From Erysipelotrichaceae bacterium (GTDB taxonomy: Bacteria; Bacillota_I; Bacilli_A; Erysipelotrichales; Erysipelotrichaceae), in the NCBI GenBank assembly GCA_963676105.1, contig OY781039.1:150001-182000 (forward strand): a stretch of DNA of 32,000 bases, given 5' to 3'. Each line of letters begins with the position of its first letter. Positions within the stretch are counted from its first letter, which is position 1. Made by a program: the position numbers and the translations under genes. Positions 31,236 to 32,000 of the stretch are shown in pieces. The notes under the pieces were generated by a model. That model saw only the letters and a program-made list of their open reading frames with translations, made no database searches and was not told the DNA's origin.

Positions 31236-32000
31236 ATGGGACGAAATCTATATTTAAAAAGTGTTAGCTTAGAAGAAGCACATGAAAAATTTTTTAGATT
31301 AAAACAAACTCAAATAAAATCAGTTCAAACTGAAATTATACAAACAAAAGATGCTTATGATCGTGTTTTAAGTAAGGCAATTTTTGCGAATAAAAGTGTA
31401 CCTGCTTTTCCTAGTGCAGCCATGGATGGGATATCAGTTAAATCATCAATCACTCAAAAAGCAAGCGATCATCAACCACTATTGCTTAAAACAGATGATT
31501 ATCAAGTCATTGATACAGGTGATATCATCAAAGCACCTTATGATGCCGTAATTATGGCTGAGGATTGTATTGAAACTGAAGAAGGCATAAAAATTATTAA
31601 AGCTGTTGTCCCATATGAAAATGTGAGACCAATTGGTGAAGATGTAGTACAAGGTGAGCTAATATTTCCGATGGAACATGTTTTAGATGTGATGGATTTA
31701 TCGGTCTTAATCGCAAGTCACGTAAAAACTGTAACGGTCTATAAACAAGTAAAACTTGGCATTATTCCAAGTGGGGATGAAATAAAGAATATTGATGATT
31801 TATCAGATGAGGCAGATATTATTGAATCTAATTCCTATTTATTTGCTTCTTGGGCTAAAAAAGCTAAAGCAATCCCAACAACTTATCCAATTGTACCTGA
31901 TATTCCAGAAAAAATTGAAGCTATTTTAAAACAAGCATTAAAAGAAAATGATGTCGTTTTAATTAATGCTGGCTCTAGTGCAGGGCGTGATGATTATACG
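31236..32000 (+). CDS. moeA: Second MoeA family protein, N-terminal 255 codons (continues beyond the window)
   Basis: Absent from the ORF track because it is open at the window end. Hand translation from ATG 31236 (GGGGAGG SD) gives MGRNLYLKSVSLEEAHEKFF...VPAFPSAAMDGISV...NAGSSAGRDDYT, with no stop through 32000. Confidence 0.75.
   Translation, partial: MGRNLYLKSVSLEEAHEKFFRLKQTQIKSVQTEIIQTKDAYDRVLSKAIFANKSVPAFPSAAMDGISVKSSITQKASDHQPLLLKTDDYQVIDTGDIIKAPYDAVIMAEDCIETEEGIKIIKAVVPYENVRPIGEDVVQGELIFPMEHVLDVMDLSVLIASHVKTVTVYKQVKLGIIPSGDEIKNIDDLSDEADIIESNSYLFASWAKKAKAIPTTYPIVPDIPEKIEAILKQALKENDVVLINAGSSAGRDDYT

Noticed and set aside
1-32000. Alternative genetic code (TGA = Trp, Mollicutes code 4), considered because of the AT-rich, Mollicutes-like composition
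   Set aside because: All long ORFs are intact under the standard code. Trp-rich proteins such as the BCCT transporter use TGG throughout, and TGA appears as a genuine stop (AOR ends TGA TAA; the MoaD-like gene ends GGA TGA right after the conserved GG terminus).
1-32000. Search for CRISPR arrays, tRNA/rRNA genes, transposases, integrases, phage genes or flanking direct/inverted repeats of a mobile island
   Set aside because: No regularly spaced repeats, no cloverleaf-like or rRNA-like segments and no recombinase-like ORFs were seen. The only large repeat is the DAHPS tandem duplication. The flavoprotein gene's compositional shift is explained by its amino acid and codon bias.

Overview
AT-rich (by eye about one-third GC), densely coding chromosomal window with low-GC Bacillota-like gene content (Erysipelotrichia/Acholeplasma-like). 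The standard genetic code fits: Trp is TGG and all long ORFs are intact. No rRNA, tRNA, CRISPR array or mobile element was seen. Left third (1-8220): housekeeping and accessory genes, namely a VOC/glyoxalase, an RpiR regulator, a Cof-type HAD phosphatase, an MFS transporter, a stand-alone HD-domain protein, acylphosphatase, Tex, and an unusual 202-aa Cys-free FAD-domain-only flavoprotein. Middle (8221-14965): two abutting ABC ATPase-FtsX (MacB-architecture) fusion proteins, a tandem HD/HD-GYP protein and a BCCT transporter. 15430-24505 (minus strand): a 9-gene aromatic amino acid operon, pheA-aroB-aroC-aroE/aroK fusion-aroQ-DAHPS-DAHPS-aroA-tyrA. Its two tandem DAHP synthase paralogs differ mainly in the N-terminal regulatory domain. 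Right end (25590-32000) is the most interesting part. A promoter and a Moco/Wco-type riboswitch with a terminator/antiterminator relay control an aldehyde:ferredoxin oxidoreductase (AOR). AOR is co-transcribed with a MoaD-like GG-terminated sulfur carrier and a short ThiF/MoeB-like E1. A radical SAM-SPASM maturase-like gene and two tandem MoeA paralogs flank it. This looks like a self-contained, poorly understood pterin-cofactor enzyme maturation module. A recurring pattern is also noted: five genes have a -10 hexamer 6-8 nt upstream of an ATG that lacks a Shine-Dalgarno, which suggests leaderless mRNAs. All calls come from reading the sequence and remembered family motifs; no database search was run.
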